Shown here: one piece after another, positions 29,549 to 39,590 of the stretch
Layout of the letters: each line of letters starts with the position of its first letter
Numbering within the stretch: position 1 is the stretch's first letter
NCBI GenBank assembly: GCA_000993275.1
Contig: LBVV01000007.1
Span: forward strand, 57,290 to 121,289
Length of the DNA: 64,000 bases
Origin: a candidate division CPR2 bacterium GW2011_GWC2_39_10
GTDB lineage: Bacteria > Patescibacteriota > CPR2
Direction: 5' to 3'
Position numbers and translations under genes: made by a program
Notes under the pieces: model-generated
Databases searched by the model: none
Told to the model about the DNA's origin: nothing
The model's input: only the letters and a program-made list of their open reading frames with translations

Positions 29549-30127
29549 ATGAATAAAATTTACAATAAAAGGAAAATGCAACTGGCGGATTTTTTCGATA
29601 CTAATAAAAGACTGCCCACCTACTCCGAAATGACTTCCCTATTTTCCCTAAAATCAAAAAATTCCATCTTTTTTATAGTAAAAAAATTTATTGAGGACGG
29701 TTTCTTGGCAAAAGACGGATTTGGGCATCTTATCCCCGGCAATATAATTTTCGGAACTAAGATTTTGGGCACAGTGGAAGCGGGTTTTCCCTCCCCTGCC
29801 GAAGAGGAACTGGCCGACACAATTACTCTTGACGATTATTTAATAAACAAGAAGGAAGCCACTTTTATCCTTAAAGTCTCCGGGGATTCCATGATAGAAG
29901 CCGGCATAAAGCCCGGGGACCTGGTTTTAATTGAAAAAGGGAAACAAGCGCGCCACGGCGACATTGTAATTGCCGAAGTTGATAACGAATGGACCATTAA
30001 AACCTTCGAAATTCATCAAGGAAAAATCGTTCTGGTTCCGGCAAACCCCAAATATCAAATAATCAGACCTGAAGAAAGCCTAAATATTGCCGGCGTAGTG
30101 GTTGCAGTAATAAGAAAATACCACTAA
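29549..30127 (+). CDS. lexA: LexA-family repressor / UmuD-like S24 peptidase
   Basis: N-terminal HTH, cleavage site 'AGFPSPA', catalytic 'GDSM' and 'TIK'. Confidence 0.8.
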   Translation: MNKIYNKRKMQLADFFDTNKRLPTYSEMTSLFSLKSKNSIFFIVKKFIEDGFLAKDGFGHLIPGNIIFGTKILGTVEAGFPSPAEEELADTITLDDYLINKKEATFILKVSGDSMIEAGIKPGDLVLIEKGKQARHGDIVIAEVDNEWTIKTFEIHQGKIVLVPANPKYQIIRPEESLNIAGVVVAVIRKYH

Positions 30128-30130
30128 CAC

Positions 30131-30278
30131 AAAATTCAAAAGGCAAAAGTTAAAAAGCAAAATTATAACTCAAAATTTAAAAATTCATAAAACAAAAAAT
30201 AAGCATTGATGCCAACCTCTTACTTTTAAATTTTACCCTGAACTTTTGAATTTTGGATTTTAAACCTTAACTTTTAAT
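30131..30278. repeat. Heptamer-periodic imperfect inverted repeat
   Basis: AAAAnnn units (aaaattc aaaaggc aaaagtt...) mirrored by TTTTnnn units. Confidence 0.6.
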
Positions 30279-30291
30279 CGGAGATTAACAC

Positions 30292-31605
30292 GTGTCTTGG
30301 AATGCTCATGAATGTCATCAATCTTCCTCCATTATCCACCTAGATGCCGATGCCTTCTTTGCTTCTTGCGAACAGGCGATTCATCCGGAATACAAAGGAA
30401 GGCCGGTTATTACCGGCAAAGAAAGAGGCATAGTAGCCGCCGCCAGCTATGAAGCCAAAAGAATGGGCATTGATAGAGGCGTGACCCTGATTGAAGCAAA
30501 AAAAATTTGCCCCAATGCCATTATTGTTCCCTCCGATTATGAGACCTACAGCCTTTTCTCAAAACGCATATTTACCATTATGCGGCGCTTTACGCCTTCT
30601 ATAGAAGAATATTCAATAGATGAAGCCTTTGCCGACATTTCAGGCCTTAGAAGGCCCCTAAATATGTCTTACTCCCAAATTGCTCTTAGGATGAAGCAAG
30701 AAATTGAGAAAGAGCTGGGCATAACGGTCTCTGTAGGCCTTGCGCCAAATAAGGTTCTAGCTAAAATTGGCTCCAAATGGAAAAAACCTTCCGGCTTAAC
30801 AATTATTGAAGCTCAAGATATCCCGCTATTTTTAGAAAAGACTCTTTTAAATAAAGTTTGGGGCATAGGACCCCAAACAACCGGACATTTAAACAAATAT
30901 AACGTTAGAACTGCTTTAGATTTTTCAAAATTAAACGAAAACTGGGTTTTAAAAAATTTAACCAAACCGCACAGGGAAATATGGAAAGAACTTGGAGGGG
31001 AAAAAGTCTACCCTGTTCAGCCTCAGGAAAAGAATGACTATGCCTCTATCAGTAAATTTAAAACCTTCACTCCCCCGACTAAAAATAAGAATTTTATTTT
31101 TTCCCAACTCTCAAAAAACTTGGAAAATGCTTTCATAAAAGCTAGACGTCATAATTTAGCCGCTCAAAAAATTAGCGTTGTTTTAAAAACTCAAGCATTT
31201 ACTCTTACGGGTACCGAAGGTAAATTAAACCATGCCACCCCTTTTCCCAACGAGGCTATCCCCTTAGTCAAAAATATGTTTGAACAAACATTTTGTTCAA
31301 GTACTTTTTATCGCTCTACCGGCATAATCCTTTCCGGCCTAAAGGAATCAAAGGATACTCAGCTTACTCTTTTTGAAAGTCCCCTAAAATTTGAGAATAA
31401 TATAAAACTCTATCAGTCAATTGACGAACTGTCCTCTCGCTTTGGCAAACATTCCGTATTTTTAGGATCAAGTTTTTGGGCTAACAGTCAAAAATCCCAC
31501 TTAAGCGAGCGCGGGGATATTCCCGCCACCCAAAAACTAAGAGCGGGTCAAATTAATGAAAGAAAATTTTTAAACTTACCAACGTTGTTATACAAAATAG
31601 ACTAA
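30292..31605 (+). CDS. dinB: Y-family DNA polymerase (DinB/Pol IV-like)
   Basis: 'DADAFFAS', 'ASYEAK', 'SIDEAF', 'VWGIGP'. Confidence 0.9.
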   Translation: MSWNAHECHQSSSIIHLDADAFFASCEQAIHPEYKGRPVITGKERGIVAAASYEAKRMGIDRGVTLIEAKKICPNAIIVPSDYETYSLFSKRIFTIMRRFTPSIEEYSIDEAFADISGLRRPLNMSYSQIALRMKQEIEKELGITVSVGLAPNKVLAKIGSKWKKPSGLTIIEAQDIPLFLEKTLLNKVWGIGPQTTGHLNKYNVRTALDFSKLNENWVLKNLTKPHREIWKELGGEKVYPVQPQEKNDYASISKFKTFTPPTKNKNFIFSQLSKNLENAFIKARRHNLAAQKISVVLKTQAFTLTGTEGKLNHATPFPNEAIPLVKNMFEQTFCSSTFYRSTGIILSGLKESKDTQLTLFESPLKFENNIKLYQSIDELSSRFGKHSVFLGSSFWANSQKSHLSERGDIPATQKLRAGQINERKFLNLPTLLYKID

Positions 31606-31638
31606 AAAAACGCCCAGATGCATATTTGCGTCTGGGCG
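31605..31638 (-). terminator. Intrinsic terminator between convergent genes
   Basis: cgcccagatgca/tgcgtctgggcg stem with T-run on minus strand. Confidence 0.75.
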
Positions 31639-31659
31639 AAATTCAACCTTTGTTATGAA

Positions 31660-32535
31660 CTAGCCATCATGAATGGGTGTTGGCCAGAGATGTTGTGCTG
31701 TTTTTATAAGAAAGTCCATGGCTAGAGGTAAAAGTACCACATATCTATTCAACAAGTAATTTCGATAATCACCCCTATCTTCCTTGCTAAGCATATTCTT
31801 TGCCAAAAGTTCATCAAGATAATCACTATATTCGCGAGAAAGCTGATGAGCAGTATCGATCATCTTGTAAAGATCTTCTGAAAACTCCTTAAAAAGATCT
31901 TTCGACTGAACACTATAGTCATCAGCTAAGCCCATGTTTTCCTGGATTAAAGAGCCGATTTTCCTGGCACCATAAGAAAAAACATCATTTGCTTTCCCTA
32001 AGGCTTCTAAAAAGTCGGAATTATTTTCAACAGGCTCAAGGAGATATCGAGGATTACCAATGTATTTTTGAATGCTCATGATTTTTCTAGTAATCCAGCG
32101 CCTAACATCTTCTTCAACCGTATCAACAATAATAAGATAACCCGGAAATTCACCAATAAAGTCGCCTTTAAAAAGACAGATGTGGTTCCAATAACCAGGG
32201 CTAATAGCATTAACCCTAGAAACACATATCTCCCTGCATGGAACATACGGATCTATTTCGATGTTATATTTATCGAGTATATCCCCTGCCACCTTACCAA
32301 TCTCAACGATTGCCTCAACACGCCTTCCTTTCGAAGCAATCACGAAAAGATCAACATCTGATCTTCTGGATGAATCACCTCTTGCTACAGAGCCATAAAT
32401 AACACCAAAAGAAATCAAGTCTCCTGACAACATTTCAGCGAGTTTTAGTCTAATTTCTGTAGCAGCCTGCTGAAAATGATGCTTTTCCGGTACGTTTCCC
32501 CTTGCTATATCATTAAAATTTAAATACCGTGCCAC
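31660..32535 (-). CDS. Pol-beta-superfamily nucleotidyltransferase domain protein with helical C-terminal domain
   Basis: 'YGSVARGD...SDVDLFV' motif. Confidence 0.8.
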   Translation of the reverse strand: MARYLNFNDIARGNVPEKHHFQQAATEIRLKLAEMLSGDLISFGVIYGSVARGDSSRRSDVDLFVIASKGRRVEAIVEIGKVAGDILDKYNIEIDPYVPCREICVSRVNAISPGYWNHICLFKGDFIGEFPGYLIIVDTVEEDVRRWITRKIMSIQKYIGNPRYLLEPVENNSDFLEALGKANDVFSYGARKIGSLIQENMGLADDYSVQSKDLFKEFSEDLYKMIDTAHQLSREYSDYLDELLAKNMLSKEDRGDYRNYLLNRYVVLLPLAMDFLIKTAQHLWPTPIHDG

Positions 32536-32651
32536 AAATAACCACCACCCTCTTATCGTAAATTTTTAATTGATTGCTTGCCGAAACAGTGACTTGTGAT
32601 TATATCATCTATTAACCAATAATCAAACAAAAAAACCAGAGACCTTTGAAA

Positions 32652-32744
32652 AACGTTTTTTTGGAGGAACGAAGCAATCTCCTTACGCTCGAAACAAGAT
32701 TGCCGCGCTCTCCGGCGGCTGCCGGATCGCTCCGAGTGACGTTT
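32652..32744. repeat. REP-like palindromic repeat, copy A
   Basis: cgaagcaatct...agattgccgc...ccggcggctgccgg; close match to 33507-33594. Confidence 0.8.
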
Positions 32745-32786
32745 TTGGGGAGTTTTGTAGGCAGACTCAACCAAGAAAAGCTCGGA

Positions 32787-33446
32787 TTATTCCGAGCTTA
32801 AGGTTATTTCTAGATGGTTTTCCAGGTCATTTTTAAGCTGAACAAAATCTGTATACAGAATTCCTTGCATTCCTATCGCTTCTGCTCCTTCTATGTTTTC
32901 TATCCGATCGTCGATCATAACGGCATGTTCCGGAAAAACCTGAAGTTTGCATAGCATCATTTCGTAAATCTGCCGCTCCGGCTTGACAGAACCAACGTCA
33001 CAGGAAAATACCAACTCATCAAATGCAAGCGGCATATTATGCCTTAAATATTTGACAGCCGCAACGTCAATATTTGATAGTAGCCCGAGTGAATAATCTT
33101 GAGCCATAAGCTCTTCCAATAACTTGAACATATTTAGTCTCATCCGAAATACCTGATCATAAATCATGGGCCATATATGTCTTTTGCTATCTATTGTAAT
33201 TCCAAAATGTGTTTCTGCGGCCTCTAAAATATCAATATCGTTGATTATCCCCCGCATCTGATAATCCTCTTTTTCTTTAAAGAATTTGACTAATTCAGCC
33301 TTATTCAATGAAAACATTTCAGTAAAAATTGATAGCACCCCCGATACCGTATGATCTACTAAAACCCCGCCTAAATCAAAAACCACAGCCTTAATTTTTG
33401 GCAATTTAAAAACCTCCCCTTTTTTAATGTACATTTTAGTTTTCAC
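32787..33446 (-). CDS. HAD-superfamily phosphatase
   Basis: 'FDLGGVL', 'LLSN', 'KP', 'IDD'. Confidence 0.9.
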   Translation of the reverse strand: MKTKMYIKKGEVFKLPKIKAVVFDLGGVLVDHTVSGVLSIFTEMFSLNKAELVKFFKEKEDYQMRGIINDIDILEAAETHFGITIDSKRHIWPMIYDQVFRMRLNMFKLLEELMAQDYSLGLLSNIDVAAVKYLRHNMPLAFDELVFSCDVGSVKPERQIYEMMLCKLQVFPEHAVMIDDRIENIEGAEAIGMQGILYTDFVQLKNDLENHLEITLSSE

Positions 33447-33469
33447 ATTTTAACCCAGAAAAAGAAAAA

Positions 33470-34378
33470 TTAAAAGCATTTTAAGGTAACTTGCTCACAA
33501 CTCTCGCGTCTTTGCGAGTGAAACGAAGCAATCTCCTCTGCTTGAAACAAGATTGCCGCACTCTCCGGCGGCTGCCGGATCGTTCGCAATGACGATTGTG
33601 AGCATCCCAAGGTAGTGGCAATAATTGTTGTTAGAACAAAGACCAAAATAGCAATGCTATCAATTTTGTAATTTAAAAGCGCTCCTGAGGCGTTAAAATA
33701 GTGAAAAAATGATAGATATTTTAAATCGTCCAAATTACTTTTAAGGCCAGAGAGAATATTTAAAACATACATCGCAATTAAAACCCCTCCGGTCATAAAA
33801 TTTGCTTTGCCCTTGTCGGACGCAAAGGATGAACAAAGCATAGCCAAACCATAAATGGCAATTCCAAAAAGAACTCCCAGAATAGTCATATAAATATAGC
33901 CCTTGGCAACGTAATGCACATTAAATATAGCGGCGATAGGAATTGAGGCAAAAATTGATGTTGTAACAAAGAGGACAATGGCGCCAAGTCCGCCCAAATA
34001 TTTACCGAAGTAAATTTTTAGTCTGGATATTGGCTGCGAGAGCACAACTTCCATGGTTCCCTTTTCTATTTCTCCGGCGATAGAGTTGCCGGCAAAAGAT
34101 AATGCAAGAAAAATTAAAACCAGCGGCCAAACAAAGCCGAAATGCTCGGTAGACAAATATCCCTCCAAAGACAAAAATGCCTGGGCAATATCCTCTATCC
34201 CGAAAGCTTTTAAAAAGCCTTGCGGATAATTTTTCATTATTTCAACCAATTGCTTGCCGGAAGACGCAAAAGAAGGATAGATGGGAATGTACATCAGAAG
34301 AAAAGCAATACCCGAAACAATATAAGCAATTATGGCCGTTCGTTTATTCTTAATTGTTCTTAAAAAAATTGGAAACAT
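33470..34378 (-). CDS. ABC-2 type transporter permease with repeat-derived C-terminus
   Basis: Six TM, 'IAGEIEKGTME..LSQPISR'; last ~44 aa read through the repeat. Confidence 0.85.
   Translation of the reverse strand: MFPIFLRTIKNKRTAIIAYIVSGIAFLLMYIPIYPSFASSGKQLVEIMKNYPQGFLKAFGIEDIAQAFLSLEGYLSTEHFGFVWPLVLIFLALSFAGNSIAGEIEKGTMEVVLSQPISRLKIYFGKYLGGLGAIVLFVTTSIFASIPIAAIFNVHYVAKGYIYMTILGVLFGIAIYGLAMLCSSFASDKGKANFMTGGVLIAMYVLNILSGLKSNLDDLKYLSFFHYFNASGALLNYKIDSIAILVFVLTTIIATTLGCSQSSLRTIRQPPESAAILFQAEEIASFHSQRRESCEQVTLKCF
33486..33604. repeat. REP-like palindrome copy B inside TGCTCACAA/TTGTGAGCA inverted ends
   Basis: 9-bp inverted repeats 33492-33500/33596-33604; left end resembles IS66 relic end near 37735. 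Confidence 0.75.
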
Positions 34379-34380
34379 TT

Positions 34381-35256
34381 TTATCTCTCGTAATAAGCCA
34401 TGAAAATATCTTCAAGTGAAGCATGGCTTACTTCTAAATCCTTAAGTTTATAATTATGCATTTTGCTGATTACCGGATTTATGTCGCCTTTAATTCTTAA
34501 GGTTAGACTGCCTGCAGATTCTTTGAAAACCTCTACGCCCGAGAGATCAAAGTCTGCCATACTCACCTTACTGTCAAAAGTGGCTTTAACGACGTGGATT
34601 TTTTTGCTTCGCAGTTCTTCTACGCTTTCCTCCGCAATAATTTTTCCTTGTTTTATAATGCCGACTCGACTGCATATTTTTTGGACTTCATGTAAATTAT
34701 GGCTGGACATAAAAACAGTCGATCCTTCTCTTGCAAAATTTAATATATAATCATAAACGGTATTTTGAAGCAATGGATCCAAGGCAGTTGTTGGCTCGTC
34801 AAGAATTAGCATTTCCGGCTCGCTTAAAAAAGCCATAATTATTCCCAGCTTCTGCTTGCCGCCGGAAGATAATTTTTTGGCTTTTACCTTCGGGTCAAAA
34901 TCGAAATCTTTAATAAGTTTTGATAAAATTTTAGACTTTCCCCTCATAGACTCTATGAACCGGAAATGTTCTTGTCCCGTCCAGTTTTCGTAAATACGAA
35001 CATCCCCGGACAAATATCCGGTTTTAGCTTTAATTTGCACCGAATCTAAGTGGCTATCCAAGTTAAAGGCGGCAATTTTTCCAAAAGAAGGGCGAATAAA
35101 ATCCATTATGCAGCGGATTGTTGTTGTCTTTCCGGCTCCATTTGGACCTAAAAACCCAAAAATTTCTCCCTTTTCCACGCTAAGATTAATGCCATCAACG
35201 GCCTTTGTTTCGCCATAATACTTGCCTAAATTTTGAACGGATAATACTTGTGTCAT
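34381..35256 (-). CDS. ABC transporter ATP-binding protein
   Basis: 'GPNGAGKTT', 'LSSG', 'ILDEPT', 'SSH'. Confidence 0.94.
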   Translation of the reverse strand: MTQVLSVQNLGKYYGETKAVDGINLSVEKGEIFGFLGPNGAGKTTTIRCIMDFIRPSFGKIAAFNLDSHLDSVQIKAKTGYLSGDVRIYENWTGQEHFRFIESMRGKSKILSKLIKDFDFDPKVKAKKLSSGGKQKLGIIMAFLSEPEMLILDEPTTALDPLLQNTVYDYILNFAREGSTVFMSSHNLHEVQKICSRVGIIKQGKIIAEESVEELRSKKIHVVKATFDSKVSMADFDLSGVEVFKESAGSLTLRIKGDINPVISKMHNYKLKDLEVSHASLEDIFMAYYER

Positions 35257-35380
35257 CCTATTTATATTAAGATCAAATTCTAACAGTGTCAATTTAAATG
35301 TGTTTATGCTTAACAAATGTAATTTTTAATGCTATAATTACGAATCGAAAAATTTACGGTTCCTTAAAAATCTAGAAAGG

Positions 35381-35722
35381 GTGATAAGAATGGCAAACGG
35401 TGATAAAAGCGTATTTGCACACACATATAAATATCTACTAGAGAAATCTTTTCCAAATATTCTTCATGCTACTATCTTTGCTTGCGGAATTGACAGAAAG
35501 CCCACTATAGACATAGGAGGCCTGGTACGAATAAGTACGGAGGATTATCTAAGCGTAGCCACGATACTCTTACTTGCAAACAGTTTGGCAGAAGATGATC
35601 CGCGTATCGCGTTTATAGATTTGGTCAAACAATCGAAAATAGTTGAGCTGAACGGCCAAAGATATATCGACATCCCAAGTTTGGACAAAAAAAGGAACCG
35701 TTCTTCAAAGCCGTCTAAATAA
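35381..35722 (+). CDS. Hypothetical protein
   Basis: 113-aa ORF with TGnTATAAT upstream and hairpin/T-run downstream. Confidence 0.6.
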   Translation: MIRMANGDKSVFAHTYKYLLEKSFPNILHATIFACGIDRKPTIDIGGLVRISTEDYLSVATILLLANSLAEDDPRIAFIDLVKQSKIVELNGQRYIDIPSLDKKRNRSSKPSK

Positions 35723-35823
35723 AACTAGACGGCCTTTTTATTTTTAAAACCACGGCATTTATAATAAAAAAGCCTCAATAGCGATAATTCACTATTGAGG
35801 CTAAGCCCCTTGATCATAACTCC

Positions 35824-36318
35824 TTAATCCTTAAGATATTTCAGAAGTTGGCTTTTGTATGGCCGAAGGTCATTGGCAAGTTCTTTAAGCACCTCCTGAA
35901 ACTCATCAGGATAATAAGCCATAAAGCTTATATCGTCGTTTTCCTCAAAAATAGGAGCGTTTATCTCAATAAATTGAGGTGCGCGGGGAAGCCTAAGGAC
36001 AATATTGTAATCATGGGTTATATAAGTGTCAGGATCCTCAGAAAGTACCAGTTCGTTTAACCAAACAGCCACCCGACCATCTTTTAGGATACCGGCGCTT
36101 GTCGAAGGGTAGTTCTTGGCACTGATTGCCCCAGCAATTTTCGGGTCTGTCTCCTTGGCGTTTCGGATATCCTGAAGCGCCTTTTCTATGTCTGATATTA
36201 ATACTTTTGACAGATTTACATACTGAATGGCATACATATCTTTCTCTTCTAGTTCTGCTTCTCCAAGAATCTCATAAAGCCCTGTCTTAATCCTCATTGC
36301 GTCTCCCTTCTTCTCCAA
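35824..36318 (-). CDS. Hypothetical protein
   Basis: 164-aa ORF; terminator hairpin at ~35765-35802. Confidence 0.65.
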   Translation of the reverse strand: MEKKGDAMRIKTGLYEILGEAELEEKDMYAIQYVNLSKVLISDIEKALQDIRNAKETDPKIAGAISAKNYPSTSAGILKDGRVAVWLNELVLSEDPDTYITHDYNIVLRLPRAPQFIEINAPIFEENDDISFMAYYPDEFQEVLKELANDLRPYKSQLLKYLKD

Positions 36319-36463
36319 ACAGATTTATTTTCATGTCAAGTAGCCTAAAAGTTGACCAATTATAGCAATATATTGTACACACCTGGTGTGTACTGAGTAT
36401 GCACGTCTGGAAAAATAAGGCTGTTCCTTATGTTATCTATCAGTCGTCACTTGGTCCGCAAAG

Positions 36464-36907
36464 TTACTTTGCTGTCCCCAAAACCTTTTCGGTCTCTTTA
36501 ATCTCGACATAAAGAGTGTCAATACTATCCTCGAAGAGTTTTCCCGAGTGAAGTATAATCTCTTTGCCGTTTCCCAAATGATGGTTATCTTGGGATTTAA
36601 TTACAAAGAGTTTATTTGGATATCCATAGATCGTGTAAGCGATAATTTTGTCGCCCTGCTTAGTCTGCACTTTGTACGGGATAGCAATCCAGTTGATCTT
36701 TAAATCACCTTTTTCTTCCGCCATATCTTTACCTATGACACGCTTGATTGTCTGATGACTTTCTTCATCGATGGCTATCCGGCTTGGCGAACTAAGAACG
36801 AAGGCCACAATGATAACACAAGTACAAATGCCGAATGCGGCAATTATCCACCCCACGGTTGGATCAAAGTAGTAATTAAAAGAGCCGCCTTTACTTTCTT
36901 TAGACAC
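36464..36907 (-). CDS. Hypothetical single-TM protein
   Basis: GTG start after AAGGAG; one TM. Confidence 0.6.
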   Translation of the reverse strand: MSKESKGGSFNYYFDPTVGWIIAAFGICTCVIIVAFVLSSPSRIAIDEESHQTIKRVIGKDMAEEKGDLKINWIAIPYKVQTKQGDKIIAYTIYGYPNKLFVIKSQDNHHLGNGKEIILHSGKLFEDSIDTLYVEIKETEKVLGTAK

Positions 36908-37050
36908 CTTGCATCACACTCCTTAATAGAATTAAAATATCTATTATTAATAGCACTAGGCTAGTATTCAATTTAAAAGTTGCGGGTATTAATTGCTCGA
37001 TTTTGGATTATAACAGAAATATGCCAAATTTCTAGTATAAAGTCTTATCT

Positions 37051-37629
37051 TTATTTAGTTAAAACAAATAAAACATGGGAGATGGGAAAGAAGCCACCTA
37101 CTTTTAACCCAATTTTTTTCTTTTCAACCATCAGACCAAGTTTGTCAAAAATATGCTTCCAACCCGCAATTGTTCTAAAATTGAAAGGTAACTTGGTTTC
37201 TCTATTTATGGTAAAGGTATTAAAGATGATGTCGTTTAAAGCCAACAAAAGAAAATCTAGCTTAGTGGCATAAAGATCTTCCAAAATAATTATTTTCCTA
37301 CAAACCCTTTTAGCTTCTTTCAAGACTTGATCAGGATCTTTTGTATGATGAAGCGTAAAAATTAACAAACCAATGTCAAACTCCTGATCTTTAAAGGGCA
37401 TGTGTTCCCCATCATAAACTTTGAAAGAAATGGATGCTGTATTTCTATCTTTTATGTCTAGACCGTGAACTTGAGACTTATAATCCTTGGCAACCTGGCA
37501 TCCAACGACTCCGGGGCCACTACCAATATCAAGAACTTTGCTTCCTTCTGGAATTTCACCTTTTAAAAGGCCACTTATTATTCCTGCCCTACGGTTTGGC
37601 TTTTTACTTATAAACCTTATTTGCTTCAT
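37051..37629 (-). CDS. Class I SAM-dependent methyltransferase
   Basis: 'VLDIGSGPG', 'MPFKDQEFD', 'TLHH'. Confidence 0.9.
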   Translation of the reverse strand: MKQIRFISKKPNRRAGIISGLLKGEIPEGSKVLDIGSGPGVVGCQVAKDYKSQVHGLDIKDRNTASISFKVYDGEHMPFKDQEFDIGLLIFTLHHTKDPDQVLKEAKRVCRKIIILEDLYATKLDFLLLALNDIIFNTFTINRETKLPFNFRTIAGWKHIFDKLGLMVEKKKIGLKVGGFFPISHVLFVLTK

Positions 37630-37734
37630 AAAGCTCCCTTAGCTAAAATTATAATAGATATTTATCGGTAACAAAAGATAATTTTTGACTCTGTTGCTGG
37701 AGAAAGGTTTTCGCTTGAAACTGCTGGAAGCATT

Positions 37735-38578
37735 TAACTGCTCACAACCCTCTACATCATTTCACTAAACTTCTTAAAGAAATTAGGTCTGTCTTGGTGC
37801 CAGAGGGAGTAAAGAACGGAAGCATTGGTGGAAAAGGTTTCATTCCCTTTGTCAGTTTTAGTTCCAAAGGATAGTTTTCTTTTAATGACAAGGGTCTTTG
37901 TTTTCTCTCGGCCTTGTTGTTGGTAGGTTCTACGTGTTCATGAGTTATGCAGGTAAATAGCTCCTCCTTGTATTTGGCCATGAGTTTTTTTAAGTCCTCA
38001 AGCTTTTTAACGGTTAGTTTGGAGTTATCTATTTTTTGGATAACCTTATCTAATTTCTCATAGAATTCAGGCAATATTTCTTGTCTTTTGCAAAGATCAA
38101 AATCTTCATTTAATACTTCTTTTAACTCTTGGTATATTTCCTGAAGATCTCTGGTAATTTTAAGAGCAAACTTACGCTTAGTTTTACTTAAGTTTTAATT
38201 CTCGCTTAACTCTTTGGGTTTTCTGATGACATGAGACCAGCAGCCTTGATGATGACCGGGAAGTTTGTCATATGCCGGATAGAAATCAGTTACTCTTACT
38301 CCTATGTATCCTTCAAGCAATCTTTCGGCATTGCCTTTGCCCCTAGAAGCACCCACTTCAAATAAAACCTTTCAGTATCTCCGGAAGCAATGACCCAATT
38401 AAAATTCTTCTGTCCCAAAGTTTGCCAACCGGATTCATCAACATGAAAGGATTTGCTTTTTAAGATTCTTCTTTTTAGCTTCTGTTTCTGGAGTAGGAGC
38501 TTTTTGCCGGTATTCTCTAAGATGTAAGTTATTTCTCCGTCAGATATTCTAAAGGCATAAAGGCTCCTTAAATTTATA
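37735..38578 (-). pseudogene. IS66-family transposase relic (5'-truncated, frameshifted) with degenerate right end
   Basis: 'HVDESGW', 'TDFYPAY...HQGCWSH', 'PTNNKAER' spread over frames; end reads GTGAGCAGTTAA. Confidence 0.85.
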
Positions 38579-39319
38579 TTAATAACCACCGTCAACGTTT
38601 ATTATTGCTCCATTAATGAAACTAGCATCTTCACTTGCTAGAAACACTATCACTTTTGCTATTTCCTCTGGCTCAGCAAATCTTTTTAACCATATTTTAT
38701 TAGATTCTTCTTCTATATATTCTTTAGGCAACGTTTTATTAATATCAGTATTTACCCAACTAGGAGCAACAGCATTAACATTAATAAAAGGCGCATACTT
38801 ATAGGCTAATTCTCTTGTTAAAGTATTAAGGGCGAATTTAGAACAATCATAATCTATACTTTCAGGCGTTAATACAGCACTACCGCTTGTAGATGAAACG
38901 TTTATTATTATACCCTTTTTATATTTCAACATATCTTCTGCTACTGCTCTTGATAATATAAATGGTGCAATTAAATTAGTGTTTAATGTTTTAGTAAAAT
39001 CATCTATTGTTCTGTTTTGTATATCTTTATCAATAGCAATGCCTGCATTATTAACTAAAATATCAATTTTCCCAAATTCATTTATTACTTTATTAATCAG
39101 CAAAATTACTTCTTTTTCATCCGTAATATCTGCTTTTACTGTAAGAGCTTTAATATTATATTTACTTTCAACTAATGTTTTTAATTCTTCGGCTTCTTTA
39201 AGACTATTATTATAATTTATTACAACATTATAACCTTTTTTTGCAAATTCAATAATTGTTGCTTTACCGATTCCTACGCTAGAACCCGTTACTAATACTA
39301 CTTTGTTTTTATTATTCAT
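38579..39319 (-). CDS. SDR family oxidoreductase (FabG-like), very AT-rich
   Basis: 'TGSSVGIG', 'NNAG', YxxxK 'YDCSK', 'NVDGG'. Confidence 0.92.
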   Translation of the reverse strand: MNNKNKVVLVTGSSVGIGKATIIEFAKKGYNVVINYNNSLKEAEELKTLVESKYNIKALTVKADITDEKEVILLINKVINEFGKIDILVNNAGIAIDKDIQNRTIDDFTKTLNTNLIAPFILSRAVAEDMLKYKKGIIINVSSTSGSAVLTPESIDYDCSKFALNTLTRELAYKYAPFINVNAVAPSWVNTDINKTLPKEYIEEESNKIWLKRFAEPEEIAKVIVFLASEDASFINGAIINVDGGY

Positions 39320-39562
39320 TTGTATCTCCCATAATAAATTTTAATATTTGCTTTTCTCTAAAATGAACGTTAGATTTTGTTTCGGTCATAGATCAATTAT
39401 ATCTATAAATAGGGGTTTTGAAAAGACACGGTTAGTTAGGAACCTTAATATAAAATTAGCAATTCGTAATAGAAAAGTTATAGAAGTTTTAGGATCGTTC
39501 TAAATAGACCACCTAAACTTCTCTCCTATCATTCCTTTACTCAGAAAATTTAGTGGTTTTTT

Positions 39563-39590
39563 CTGGATTCCCGCCTTCGCGAGAATGACG
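39563..39590. repeat. REP-like half element GGATTCCCGCCTTCGCGAGAATGAC
   Basis: Short hairpin ending ATGAC, same style as 43772-43800. Confidence 0.65.

Noticed and set aside
32553-32774. 73-aa ORF
   Set aside because: Translation of the REP-like palindrome
36375-36393. Palindrome GTACACAC-CTG-GTGTGTAC
   Set aside because: Single occurrence with no linked regulator or promoter
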